Assembly: GCA_048886685.1 (NCBI GenBank)
Contig: JBHLKM010000028.1
Coordinates: forward strand, 1 to 30,585
Reading direction: 5' to 3'
Origin: Candidatus Hodarchaeota archaeon
GTDB taxonomy: Archaea; Asgardarchaeota; Lokiarchaeia; Sigyniarchaeales; SOKP01
DNA: 30,585 nucleotides
Shown: positions 1-9,356 of the stretch, piece after piece
Layout: every line of letters begins with the position of its first letter
Numbering within the stretch: the first letter of the stretch is position 1
Notes under the pieces: model-generated
What the model was told of the DNA's origin: nothing
Database searches by the model: none
What the model saw: only the letters and a program-made list of their open reading frames with translations
Program-made: the position numbers and the translations under genes

Positions 1-60
1 TTAGTTAGTTTTAAGATTTCGAAAGAAAATATGATAATTATTCTTTAAAATTGAAAGTAA

Positions 61-227
61 TTTTCGTGAAACGGTTACAGATCTAAAAGCTAACCTTAAA
101 GTGTCTATTTATTCAAAATTAACAGTTTAGTTTTTTATAAATTGATCTTAAGATCATTAAAATCTTGGGGACAATGATTGTTAGATTAGTTTTAACAAAG
201 ATACGTGAAATAACCGTTTCACGAAAT
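61..227 (-). repeat. Dispersed ~155-165 bp intergenic element, copy E1
   Basis: Ends are a perfect inverted repeat: TTCGTGAAACGGTTA (63-77) and TAACCGTTTCACGAA (211-225). 61-216 aligns without gaps to the reverse complement of 22227-22382 (115/156 identical by manual count). Confidence 0.85.
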
Positions 228-246
228 TAAGTGGTTTTCATATTAG

Positions 247-258
247 AAAAAAAAAAAA
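247..258 (-). terminator. Possible archaeal oligo(T) terminator
   Basis: Run of 12 A on the + strand (T12 on the minus strand), ~45 bp downstream of the stop of the minus-strand gene at 304. Confidence 0.3.
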
Positions 259-303
259 TTTGATTTGATTATAGAAATTATATCTATTTTTCAATTTTGG
301 TAT

Positions 304-2166
304 TTATGGGTAAGGACCCCAGGATAAGCCACCAGGTCCAACAAAGTTATTTGTAACCATAATGGGCTCGTACCAATTCGATGCAGTACCATATCTATAA
401 AATTCACCGAAGTGTCCATAGGGAGAAAGTATAAATGTAGATTCATAAGGGGGAATCCAGTCTGGATATGGAACTACTAAGATGTAAGGAACATCTATAG
501 CTGGAGTGCCAAATTGAAAAGTTGATTGTATGCTATGTATATGAAAAAGGCTTCCATATAGAGTACCTTCTTCCCATGGGTCATAGTTTGCCATGATTGG
601 ATCCATATCGTAAAAGGGGTCTAAGGCTTCGTTTAAAAATTCTCTCGGAGGCGTTGGATCAAGATCTTTAGGATTTGACAATGGATCGTGAACAATAATC
701 TCAATTAAAACTTTTTCCCCGATCTGTTTTTGAGGATGGCTGTATTTATTGGTATTAAAGAGTATAATATCCACATCTCCATCAAATGGATATACTCCTT
801 CGAGAGTTTCATCCTTACCTAAGATTGGACCTAAAGATGGTATATGATTTATTCTTTCAATTGTAACAGTGGATTCTCCGATTATTGGTCTTTTAATATG
901 TATGAGGTGATCCATTCCGGAATCATAGATAACAGCTGTAAAGTTCATCAAAACTTTCATTAAATTCCATTCTTGATCATAAACTTCTTCTAAAGAAAGC
1001 GTCATTCCAAAATCGTTGTAATCAAAGTCACCATCTGGCCAATCTTCATATCCTATATATACATTCCCAGTTTCTGGGTATTCAATAAAGTATGTTTCAG
1101 CACTCTGCACAGTATACGTAAAGTAGGTTGCCCAATTCTTTTCATTGAATCTCATAGGTTCACCTGGGTCAACACCCCAAGCAGTTTCTTCCATATCAAT
1201 ATAATCATAACAGATTTCAGCTTTGAAAATTAGTCCAGCAGGATTACTAGTTGGAGTTCCCCATGAGAAATAATTCAATGCTCTGATTGAGATATCGTTT
1301 TCCCCTGAAGTTATTTCATCAGAGATATCATATGTTTCAATAGTATTCCATTCTTGACTATCAGGGCCATCTTTTTGCATTGTTCCATCTCCACCTACAT
1401 TAATGTCATTTATCCATAATTTGTATGAATTATCTGCAGTTACATCCATTTCCCCTATGATATTATGAGCTGTATCCGGGAGAGTGAATTCTTTTTTAAA
1501 TAACCAACCAAATTCATCAGGTAGAGAGGAATATTGAGGTACATTCATATATTCTCCAGCAGGATCTGTAACATCAGTTCTCCATATCCAATTAGCTCCA
1601 GGAATTGACGGCCATGATCCATGAGTCCAGCATGGTACCGCAGGTTGCCAAATATCAGGGAGTTCTTCCCAAACCACATCTGAATCACTAGCTATCGTAT
1701 CACAACTGCTTACAATATGTATTACTTCAGCATGAGCGGCAATATATAGCAGAGTACCGATATTCCAACCGTCTAAGTCGATAACGAATAAATCATCTTG
1801 ATCTGGTGGACAATATTCTCTTTTCCACTCAAAATGACCAGGGATAGGATTACCTCCACCATTTCCTTTTTTGTTAGGTGTTTGTGGGATTCCTGCTAAA
1901 GTTGTATTAACTGCCAAATGAGCTTCAACCATATACCAATCATCAATTGTTTGATATTTTACATAAAGAGATTCCCCATCATTCCAGACAAAAACATCTC
2001 CAACATCTATTGCAGATTCAGGATTTCCGCCACCAGCTATCAAATCGGCTCTATAAGGAAACTCTTCTGTGTGAGCTGTTGCGGGAGTAATACTAATTCC
2101 TAACATCGAAGATATTATTAACAGCGATAATATACCTAATAACAATTTTTTCTTAATAGATTTCAC
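304..2166 (-). CDS. Secreted/surface protein: signal peptide, beta-sandwich carbohydrate-binding-like domain, C-terminal LruC/DUF4842-like acidic domain
   Basis: 620 aa, GTG start. N-terminus MKSIKKKLLLGILSLLIISSMLGISITPATA is basic plus hydrophobic with an AxA site. 'ANWIW...DVTADNSYKLWIND...GENDISIRA...NPAGLIF' fits a jelly-roll lectin-like module. 'GYEDWPDGDFDYNDF' matches the (F/Y)ED...DxDYND motif. Confidence 0.75.
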   Translation of the reverse strand: MKSIKKKLLLGILSLLIISSMLGISITPATAHTEEFPYRADLIAGGGNPESAIDVGDVFVWNDGESLYVKYQTIDDWYMVEAHLAVNTTLAGIPQTPNKKGNGGGNPIPGHFEWKREYCPPDQDDLFVIDLDGWNIGTLLYIAAHAEVIHIVSSCDTIASDSDVVWEELPDIWQPAVPCWTHGSWPSIPGANWIWRTDVTDPAGEYMNVPQYSSLPDEFGWLFKKEFTLPDTAHNIIGEMDVTADNSYKLWINDINVGGDGTMQKDGPDSQEWNTIETYDISDEITSGENDISIRALNYFSWGTPTSNPAGLIFKAEICYDYIDMEETAWGVDPGEPMRFNEKNWATYFTYTVQSAETYFIEYPETGNVYIGYEDWPDGDFDYNDFGMTLSLEEVYDQEWNLMKVLMNFTAVIYDSGMDHLIHIKRPIIGESTVTIERINHIPSLGPILGKDETLEGVYPFDGDVDIILFNTNKYSHPQKQIGEKVLIEIIVHDPLSNPKDLDPTPPREFLNEALDPFYDMDPIMANYDPWEEGTLYGSLFHIHSIQSTFQFGTPAIDVPYILVVPYPDWIPPYESTFILSPYGHFGEFYRYGTASNWYEPIMVTNNFVGPGGLSWGPYP

Positions 2167-2252
2167 CTTTTTAAAATTTCTTAGTATTTTCGTTAAATTG
2201 GAGTTACAGAGTAGAATTAAGAAAATCTTCCTTTTAAATTTAATCTATAAAG

Positions 2253-2360
2253 TTGGTGAAAGTGATAAAAGGAACTAACTATGAAAAATGCAATAGCTTT
2301 CATATATGTGTGTCTAATTGCCCAGAATGTTTTAAAAAAGATGAAGAACAAAATGAAATA
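2253..2360 (+). pseudogene. Probable ferredoxin (4Fe-4S) N-terminal remnant
   Basis: 'YEKCNSFHICVSNCPECFKKDEE' matches CxxCxxCxxxCP with the second Cys codon changed (TTT vs TGT). There is no second half; the ORF runs into the 3' end of the GTPase gene. Confidence 0.4.
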
Positions 2361-2410
2361 TCAGGCTTAGGGTTGGGAGTTTATACGATAGAGTTCCCCA
2401 AATTTTCCAT

Positions 2411-2938
2411 TCACCTTGATTCTATAATCTCACGAGTAAGTTTTTGAACTGCTCCTTCAATAACATCTATACTCATAGGAGAGGTTTCAATGTAGATCCC
2501 GCCTTCTTCTCTTGCAAACTCATGAGCCTCTTTTCGTAAAATTTTTTTATTCATCAGTTTAAACAGTTGACTAACATTACCGATTAATACAAAAGGAATG
2601 GAACCTGCAAATTTTTTTATTTCTATAAACCACTTTTTTATTTCATCATAACTCGGTTCTCGTGTAAAATCAAAAACCAATAAGGCTCCTGCAGCACCCT
2701 TATAGAATGTACTTCTAATGAATTCGAACCTTTGTTGATCACCAATGTCCCATATACTTAGCGTTGCTGTTTCTCCAGGTCTAAATTCAACCTCTTTAGT
2801 TAAAATGTCAACCCCAACTGTCAGTTTATAGTTTGTTTGAAACCTATTACGGACTAGTTTCTGAATTAATCTTGCCATGCCTGCTCTTTCAGCTTCTATC
2901 AGTAAAACTTTTAGTTTAAAGCTTGACATTTTTTCCAC
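2411..2938 (-). CDS. Rab-like small GTPase with degenerate nucleotide-binding motifs (pseudo-GTPase)
   Basis: Rab-like switch regions are intact (YKLTVGVDILTKEV, LSIWDI, RFEFIRSTFYKGAAGALLVFD). G1 reads EAERAGMA, G3 DIGD, G4 NVSQ and G5 TSPM. Likely start is the ATG at 2929. Confidence 0.85.
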   Translation of the reverse strand: MEKMSSFKLKVLLIEAERAGMARLIQKLVRNRFQTNYKLTVGVDILTKEVEFRPGETATLSIWDIGDQQRFEFIRSTFYKGAAGALLVFDFTREPSYDEIKKWFIEIKKFAGSIPFVLIGNVSQLFKLMNKKILRKEAHEFAREEGGIYIETSPMSIDVIEGAVQKLTREIIESR

Positions 2939-3139
2939 TCTAAAGGAACAAACACATTCAATGGCATTGCATTCCTATCTATATACAAAAAAATCTAACT
3001 ATATATATTTCACATTCTTTCTTAAATATTCAGAGTATTTCAAAAAGATTAGCTGGACTTTTAGATGATGATCAAGACCAAGTTTTTAATCAATAATTAA
3101 TAATATGGAATTTGAGACAATAATAGTAATGATTGTTGA

Positions 3140-4336
3140 TTATGTGATGCTTAATTCTGCTTGGATATCTTTTAAATCGTGAGTAATTGAATTTTTGCAT
3201 GATTTAATATTATTCTTGATAGATTCAACACTTTTTATAAGTTCAGTTAAATTTGTTTGGATTGAGTTGAAGGTTTTTAATGAATTTATGACCGAAGCGA
3301 TTTTAGTACTTATAGATTCGGAATCCACCTCGTTTCCTTTTTCATGGAGCATCAATATTCTTGAACGAGCTAATTTATAGGCTATTTTTAGTGGAAACCA
3401 TTCTTCTTCATTTGCTACACATATAATTTTATTATTACCATACTCACGGAGCATTCCATTTGATTTTTGGTAAGTTTGAGGTAACAAATCGATATCTCTG
3501 AATGCTGCGATGGCATAATCAGCATTTCGTTCTTTTAATGAATTGTCTAGAATTTGAAGTATTCCTGTTTTTCCCATTATACTCATTTTTCCTGATTTGG
3601 CTTCTATTGTAAATCTAAGTTTTTTAGAATTAGAATTATTAGAGATATCAATTACAAAATCACCTTTTTTTCCTCGAGCTTGTGTTCCTATAGTCTGCAC
3701 TGGTATAACAATATCATTGAATTGTTCTGCAATTTCATTTAATACCACTTCCAATTGATCTTCGTAGTCATAACCCTTCAAATGAGTCTTTTCTTTAATT
3801 CTTTCTTCTGCCTCTTTTCCAGAAAAATAATTTTCTAATCTTAAGGATAATTCGTTTACTTTTTGAATAAATTCGTTCTTTATTAGGTTAAAAGGAGAAT
3901 TAGGTAATTCTAAGCTAAATAATTCTAAAAATTTGCCCTTTTCTCCAAAGAACTTATCAATGATCTCAATAAGACTTCCTTTCTCTCCAAAATGAGCATC
4001 TAAACAATTTTTTACACCATTTTCACCTTCTAGCACATCCAAGAATTCTTTGTATTGCTTTTCAAAATTATCAGAAATTTCTTCTTTATATTTCGTTAAT
4101 GCCACGGTAAAATCATTATTTAGAGAATTAAACCTTTTTTGAATAAAATCCACTCTTTCACTTATATTAACACCTTTTAATGCTATAGCTCCTAATCTCA
4201 AACATCGTGTTAGATAATCTTCTATCAATTTATTATTTTCAATATAATCTGAAATCCCTTCAATAATCTCTGGTTCTTTTATCTTCCATTCTTTCACTAA
4301 TAATGTTTTTTGATTCTGATCAAATATTACATCCAT
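3140..4336 (-). CDS. Coiled-coil protein with PD-(D/E)xK nuclease-like domain (RmuC/DUF2130-like)
   Basis: 398 aa. Helical N- and C-termini flank 'KGYDYE...KKGDFVIDI...RFTIEAKS', an E...D...ExK restriction-endonuclease-fold motif. Confidence 0.6.
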   Translation of the reverse strand: MDVIFDQNQKTLLVKEWKIKEPEIIEGISDYIENNKLIEDYLTRCLRLGAIALKGVNISERVDFIQKRFNSLNNDFTVALTKYKEEISDNFEKQYKEFLDVLEGENGVKNCLDAHFGEKGSLIEIIDKFFGEKGKFLELFSLELPNSPFNLIKNEFIQKVNELSLRLENYFSGKEAEERIKEKTHLKGYDYEDQLEVVLNEIAEQFNDIVIPVQTIGTQARGKKGDFVIDISNNSNSKKLRFTIEAKSGKMSIMGKTGILQILDNSLKERNADYAIAAFRDIDLLPQTYQKSNGMLREYGNNKIICVANEEEWFPLKIAYKLARSRILMLHEKGNEVDSESISTKIASVINSLKTFNSIQTNLTELIKSVESIKNNIKSCKNSITHDLKDIQAELSIT

Positions 4337-4611
4337 ATTCTTATACCTGGAGATTTATTTGCTGTTGTTTTTATAAAAATAAAATCATTTTTTACAAAAC
4401 AGTATAAAAATAATCCAAATTCAGTTATTTAAATTTTTATAAAAAACAGTTAATGCGGTTTTATATCAAATGGAAATTGAAAATTAGTCGGTAAAAATAA
4501 TAATTTTATAGAGAATAATGCCAATATTGATGAATTAATTAATAATATAGGAAGGCACAATCTCAAATTTATCAGATTAATTTAATTTTTATATATGGAA
4601 AATGATCCCAT

Positions 4612-6063
4612 ATGGAAACATTTATATATTTGAAGCAAGATTTTTCCCATAATAGGTATAAGAAATTTACTAATATGTCAAATAAAAAAGAAAGTCAGAT
4701 AAGAGAATTACCTAAAAGTCTTCAAGGTATCGAGACAATTTTAACATATTTAAATGAAAGAAATAAAGAAGCTTTAAGTATCAGAAATATAAGTGAAAAT
4801 ACAGACCTTTCAATGCGAGTCACAAAAAACATTTTACTACAACTGGAAAAATTTAATCAAATTGAAAGAGTAGTAGAAGAAAATTATATTCTTCCAAAAT
4901 GGAGAATAACTAAATTTGGAAAAAAAGTAATAAAGGAAGCTCAAGGGAAGGAAAAAATCCTTGAATTTACTAGTAGAGAAGATGAACTGTTAAATAATAT
5001 TAAAATCCCTGAAACCATAGAAAAAATTAGAAGTTCCAATGAAGAAAAACACAAATTAGTTGTTTCCGAAATAAATATTTTACAAATAGAATTAAGTAAA
5101 ACACTTGGCCCAATCTTAAACATTAATGATCCAATATTTGAAGACTCTCTAAGTTTCATGATTAAAAAACTGAAGTTTCTAAGAAAACAGATGTCGAATA
5201 TATCAGCTGACCCAATGAATCAATATAAACTAAAAAGAAAAGGAGAAAAGGAAAGAAAGGTTCCAAAAGACGAAGAAAAATTATTATTAATTGAGATTTA
5301 TTTCTTTAATTCCTTGATTTTGAATCAACTTAGGAGAGTAAAAGGTTTTAATGAAAAATTAGTGTATTTAATTGAAAATGAATCATATTCAAATGCATTT
5401 TCAATGTCGAAGGATATGAGAGAAGAAATAAGAACTTTGACTAGTTTAATAAACCAACGATCCACATTAAGTTTAGATTATCATATTCTTTCAAAAGAAG
5501 ATTTGAAATTGATTGCGAAAAATAAGATTAACTCTGAAATGATTGAGAAAATTATTGAACTTCCAATAACCGAAGAAATTAAAATAAAAGGAATTAAAGA
5601 ATTAATTTTGGATTTTATTGCTAAATTAAATAAAGGTGATAAGGAAATAATTAATCATACAACGGAGATAACTGATAGTGTTCGATTATATGAACTTTAT
5701 GAATTAATTTTAGATTCCAAACCCAACCTTCATTTTACTATTGAAACGCTTGAAGAAGTAATAAACTCACTTGCTGATAGTGGTTATATTCCTGGAATAA
5801 GAATAATTCAAGGGGATAAAGATCATTATCTTAAAATTGTTCAATTTAAAGAAGTTGATATTACAAAATATGAAATGGAGTTAATTTCAAAAGCCTTGAA
5901 ATTAGAAAGCTTTACATTAGCAGATATGGTTGGAGCTTTAAGATGGGATACGGATCGAGTATTGGAAATCTTGAATCATTTATCCGAAATTGGAATCTTG
6001 AAATATTCAAAATCATACCTTCATGGTGAGAGATGGTTTATAATATCTGAACAAAAAACCTAA
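4612..6063 (+). CDS. N-terminal wHTH, helical linker and C-terminal tandem winged helices resembling ESCRT-II EAP30 (Vps22/Vps36)
   Basis: N-terminal 'LSIRNISENTDLSMRVTKNILLQLEKFNQIE...WRITKFG' is a wHTH. C-terminal 'LYELYELIL...TIETLEEVINSLADSGYI...IVQFKEVDITKYEMELISKA...FTLADMVGALRWDTDRVLEILNHLSEIGIL' follows the EAP30 double-WH pattern. Likely start is MSNKK at 4675. Confidence 0.6.
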   Translation: METFIYLKQDFSHNRYKKFTNMSNKKESQIRELPKSLQGIETILTYLNERNKEALSIRNISENTDLSMRVTKNILLQLEKFNQIERVVEENYILPKWRITKFGKKVIKEAQGKEKILEFTSREDELLNNIKIPETIEKIRSSNEEKHKLVVSEINILQIELSKTLGPILNINDPIFEDSLSFMIKKLKFLRKQMSNISADPMNQYKLKRKGEKERKVPKDEEKLLLIEIYFFNSLILNQLRRVKGFNEKLVYLIENESYSNAFSMSKDMREEIRTLTSLINQRSTLSLDYHILSKEDLKLIAKNKINSEMIEKIIELPITEEIKIKGIKELILDFIAKLNKGDKEIINHTTEITDSVRLYELYELILDSKPNLHFTIETLEEVINSLADSGYIPGIRIIQGDKDHYLKIVQFKEVDITKYEMELISKALKLESFTLADMVGALRWDTDRVLEILNHLSEIGILKYSKSYLHGERWFIISEQKT

Positions 6064-6119
6064 GGAATAATAAAAAAACCTAAAAAATTAAAAAAAAAAT
6101 AAAATTAAAGGGAGAAAAT

Positions 6120-7058
6120 ATGACCAATGATATAAAAATTAATATTTTAAATTTGTACTTTAAAGAAATAAAAGATAAGAAATTCAAAGATGAGGATCCT
6201 GAAATAATTTCATGGCAAAGAGTAGATGGGGGAGTACTTGGTACTCCTTTATTATACATTTTCCCAAAACCAGGAGAAAAAATCAAAGATAAAAAATATT
6301 TTGCTGTGAAAGATTATGAAAAAGCATTATTCTACAATCAAGGCGCATTAATTGGTGTAATTGGGGGTGGGGTCTATGAACTCGAAAAGAAGGCAAGAAT
6401 TAAAGGTACTGAAATTGTTTGGATAGATACTTCACTTATTGAAATTCCATGGGGAATACCAAAGAAAAATGGAATTCCAACTAAAGATGGAATTACTATT
6501 GGGTTATTTGGTGATTTAAAACTTAAAATAAGCGATGTTAAGATATTTTATAATGAGATTGTTGCAGGGAAAAAGGAATGGGTTATCCAAGATCTCAAAA
6601 ATTGGATTATGACACTTCTGCATACTTCTTTAAGAGACATTTTCAAAAATTATAATGTAAAACAGGTAATTTTAGAAGATCGTGAACGAGTAATCAACTT
6701 TATTACATCAAAAATTACAGAAGAATTCTTAAGATATGGCTTAGAACTTGAAACATTCAATATCATAGGAATTAAAACTCCAGAAGATATACAAGAGGTT
6801 CTCGATCAAGATAAGGATAAAATGAAAGTAATATCTCAAGCATCTCGAAGTGATTTAGACGCATTAGTTCTTCAGAAAGAAGAACTACAATTTAGATTAA
6901 AAGAATTAAAAGATAAAAAGAATGAATTGCAAGATAAACTCCTTAACGATGAAATTACTTCTGAAGAATATGGAAAAAAAAAGAAGCAATTAGATCTCTT
7001 TATTGAAGAAATTGAAAAAGAGCTTAAAGATCTTGAAAATAAAATCTCTAGTTCATAA
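6120..7058 (+). CDS. SPFH/Band-7 domain protein (YdjI/virion-core-like) with C-terminal coiled coil and SHOCT-like motif
   Basis: 'FAVKDYEKALFYNQG...GGGVYEL...IPWG...IPTKDGITIGLFGDLKLKISD...FLRYGLELETFNIIGIKTPEDI' is the SPFH core. The tail is a coiled coil containing 'LLNDEITSEEYGKKKKQL'. No TM helix is visible. Confidence 0.8.
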   Translation: MTNDIKINILNLYFKEIKDKKFKDEDPEIISWQRVDGGVLGTPLLYIFPKPGEKIKDKKYFAVKDYEKALFYNQGALIGVIGGGVYELEKKARIKGTEIVWIDTSLIEIPWGIPKKNGIPTKDGITIGLFGDLKLKISDVKIFYNEIVAGKKEWVIQDLKNWIMTLLHTSLRDIFKNYNVKQVILEDRERVINFITSKITEEFLRYGLELETFNIIGIKTPEDIQEVLDQDKDKMKVISQASRSDLDALVLQKEELQFRLKELKDKKNELQDKLLNDEITSEEYGKKKKQLDLFIEEIEKELKDLENKISSS

Positions 7059-7109
7059 AAAATTTTGTTAAATTAAAAAAAATTTAACTTCCAAAAATCA
7101 AAAAAAAAT

Positions 7110-8996
7110 GTGAAAGATTTTTTGAAAGATAATGAATTTGAAAAAAGATTTCTTTATATTAAGAGAGATTTAATTCAAGAAAACAAATTTTCAATCGCTA
7201 GAAGTGAATTAGGAAAAATAATTCACAATGCTAAAAGTAAGAGTCTGAGTGAAATCTTAGATCAAGCAAGAATACTTTTGAGATTTTGTAATATTAAAGA
7301 ACGTGAATTAGAGAATGGGATTGAAGAAGGGATAGATTTTGAGACATATGCAATTGCCCAAAAGAGAAATGAAGAAAAAGCTCTTTACCCTCAAACGGAA
7401 TTAATGATTAGAGAAGAATTAACAAAAGCAAGAAGCCTGATTTTTCAAAAAAAGATTTTAGAAGGGAAAAGATTATTAATAAACGTAATCGAAGAATTGA
7501 ATTCTCTTCCAGAATCTGTTTCTAGTTCTATATTTGGTCAAGCTTCAGAGATTTTGGATTACTGTAAAGACTTTAAACATAATAAGAAAAAGCTTTCGCA
7601 GATTGAATATTTAATCAAGAAAAAAAAATTTGTTAAGGTATTTATTTGTCTAAAAGAATTAATTGTTGAAATTAGAAGTTATATAGGAGAAAAATATATT
7701 TTAAATAAAGAGATTTTAAATAAAGCATTGGATTTATTTCAGGAAGACAATTTAGCTGAGCAAAAGGAATATTCAATAGCGGCAATTCATTTAAAAAATT
7801 TAATAGATGAAATTGAGCAAAAAGAATATCCAATAACTGCAACTCATTTGAAAGATTTAATATATTCAAGAGATAAAGTTATCTTAAACAAGGAAATCTT
7901 AAATATTGCACTTGTCATATTAGATAAAAAATCAGATCTTCAGATAAGCTATTTTGAAAAAATTGTTAATATGTTAAATATAAGTAATTTTATTCAAGAT
8001 CTAAGGAACCTTAATGAATTTGCAGAATTTACGCAAAACAGGAGTAAATTATTCGAGGAAATATATTCTTTTTATATTAAACATAAAAATGATGACTTAA
8101 TAAGTAAGAAAATTGTAAATCTTTTTATCCAATTTTATTCTTCTTATTTTGAAATTAACCCATTTGAAATTGATATTCAAAATTTCTCAATGTCATTTAA
8201 AAACTTTAAGGAAAATGAATTTAGAAGGCTAAAAGCTATTATAAAAGAGAATGAAAAACTTGAAATTTTTTATAAAAAATTGAAAAAAATAGATTTCAAT
8301 TTCTTTATGGATGAATCCTTGAGGTTGTTGAGTGAAAAAGTAAATGTAATTAATTTTGATGTTCCAATTGAAAATATGTTTAATTTTTTATTAGATTTCT
8401 CTCAAATAATACTAGGCTCTACTAAAACTGAAGATTCAACCGAAGATAAATATACAATAAATACTGGGTGGGGACCTCTTCATTTTAAGATTATAGAGAA
8501 AGAACAAAATAAAAAAATAACATATAAGTATGACTTTCTACCTTCTATGGGTGAAAAAGGTATTTGTTACATTGAATTAACTGAGCAATCTCCAGGGAAA
8601 GTAACAATAAAGACCAGAAATCATATTCATGAAATCTCAGAAGAAGCAAGAGAAAAATGGCAAATTTACAATTTTTTAGGTAAACATCTAAAAGTTTATT
8701 TAGATCTTGTAATTGGTAAAATCGTAGCAAGAGTTATTCAAACTACATTTTATGAGAAAGATTTTGATGATTTAACAATAGGTAATTACAGAATACTTCA
8801 AGCAAAGCTTAATGCTTTAGGAAAAGATATTAATAAATTAAAGGCTAAATATTTTGAAGTCAAAGCTCCACTAACACTTAACTCGTTTAACTGTTCCGAA
8901 TGTGGCGCTACATTAAAGATCTCCTCAAAAAAAGAAAAACTCATCGTCTGTGAATATTGCACTACACCATTTCTAATGGAATGGCAAAGTAAATAA
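7110..8996 (+). CDS. Paralogue 1: helical-repeat N-terminus, SRPBCC/START-like domain, C-terminal Zn-ribbon
   Basis: 628 aa, GTG start. The C-terminal ~300 aa are homologous to those of 9357 and 12621. Contains 'FDVPIENMFNFLLDF...FKIIEKEQNKKITYKY' and ends CSECGATL...CEYCTTPFLMEWQ. Confidence 0.75.
   Translation: MKDFLKDNEFEKRFLYIKRDLIQENKFSIARSELGKIIHNAKSKSLSEILDQARILLRFCNIKERELENGIEEGIDFETYAIAQKRNEEKALYPQTELMIREELTKARSLIFQKKILEGKRLLINVIEELNSLPESVSSSIFGQASEILDYCKDFKHNKKKLSQIEYLIKKKKFVKVFICLKELIVEIRSYIGEKYILNKEILNKALDLFQEDNLAEQKEYSIAAIHLKNLIDEIEQKEYPITATHLKDLIYSRDKVILNKEILNIALVILDKKSDLQISYFEKIVNMLNISNFIQDLRNLNEFAEFTQNRSKLFEEIYSFYIKHKNDDLISKKIVNLFIQFYSSYFEINPFEIDIQNFSMSFKNFKENEFRRLKAIIKENEKLEIFYKKLKKIDFNFFMDESLRLLSEKVNVINFDVPIENMFNFLLDFSQIILGSTKTEDSTEDKYTINTGWGPLHFKIIEKEQNKKITYKYDFLPSMGEKGICYIELTEQSPGKVTIKTRNHIHEISEEAREKWQIYNFLGKHLKVYLDLVIGKIVARVIQTTFYEKDFDDLTIGNYRILQAKLNALGKDINKLKAKYFEVKAPLTLNSFNCSECGATLKISSKKEKLIVCEYCTTPFLMEWQSK
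7758..7862 (+). repeat. 57-bp in-frame tandem duplication inside paralogue 1
   Basis: EQKEYSIAAIHLKNLIDEI / EQKEYPITATHLKDLI; units start at 7758 and 7815. Confidence 0.8.
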
Positions 8997-9026
8997 CAAG
9001 AATAAATTAAAGTTAAAAAATTTCAG

Positions 9027-9256
9027 ATGAATCCCAACATACAAAATTTACTTATAGAATACAAAAAGTTAATTGATTCAGACCTATTAAGGGCTTTTAT
9101 TGCAAAAAGAGAAGGAATAATATTAGAGGATTTCAAAGCAGGAGAGTTAGATAATAATTTCAATATTTTTAATGAAACTCTTTCTAAAATTATTGAAAGA
9201 TTTCCTATAGGTTCATTTTGAACCGGAATTTACGAAAAAGAATAATTAACTAAAAC
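9027..9256 (+). pseudogene. Truncated Roadblock/LC7- or longin-like small protein remnant
   Basis: 'IQNLLIEYKKLIDSDLLRAFIAKREGIIL' has the helix, beta, (D/R)xG pattern. The TGA at 9219 is followed in frame by TGIYEKE and then TAA. Confidence 0.35.
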
Positions 9257-9356
9257 TTATATATACTAAATTTTATGTTTACTTTAATATTGAGACACAA
9301 TTGTAAAAATGTTAAAATTTTAAATAAGTTGAAAAAATTTAACAGAGAGATATATA

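Noticed and set aside
88-186. Canonical integron attC site (AGCTAAC ... GTTAGAT) inside E1
   Set aside because: The AAC/GTT triplets are not preserved at the same positions in E2 or E3, the conserved outer cores run GTTA...TAAC (opposite to attC), and no IntI gene is present. Not fully excluded without a covariance-model search.
9219-9221. Selenocysteine recoding of the TGA in the small ORF
   Set aside because: No redox-motif context, only 7 codons follow, and no SECIS is recognisable. A GGA>TGA nonsense change is simpler.
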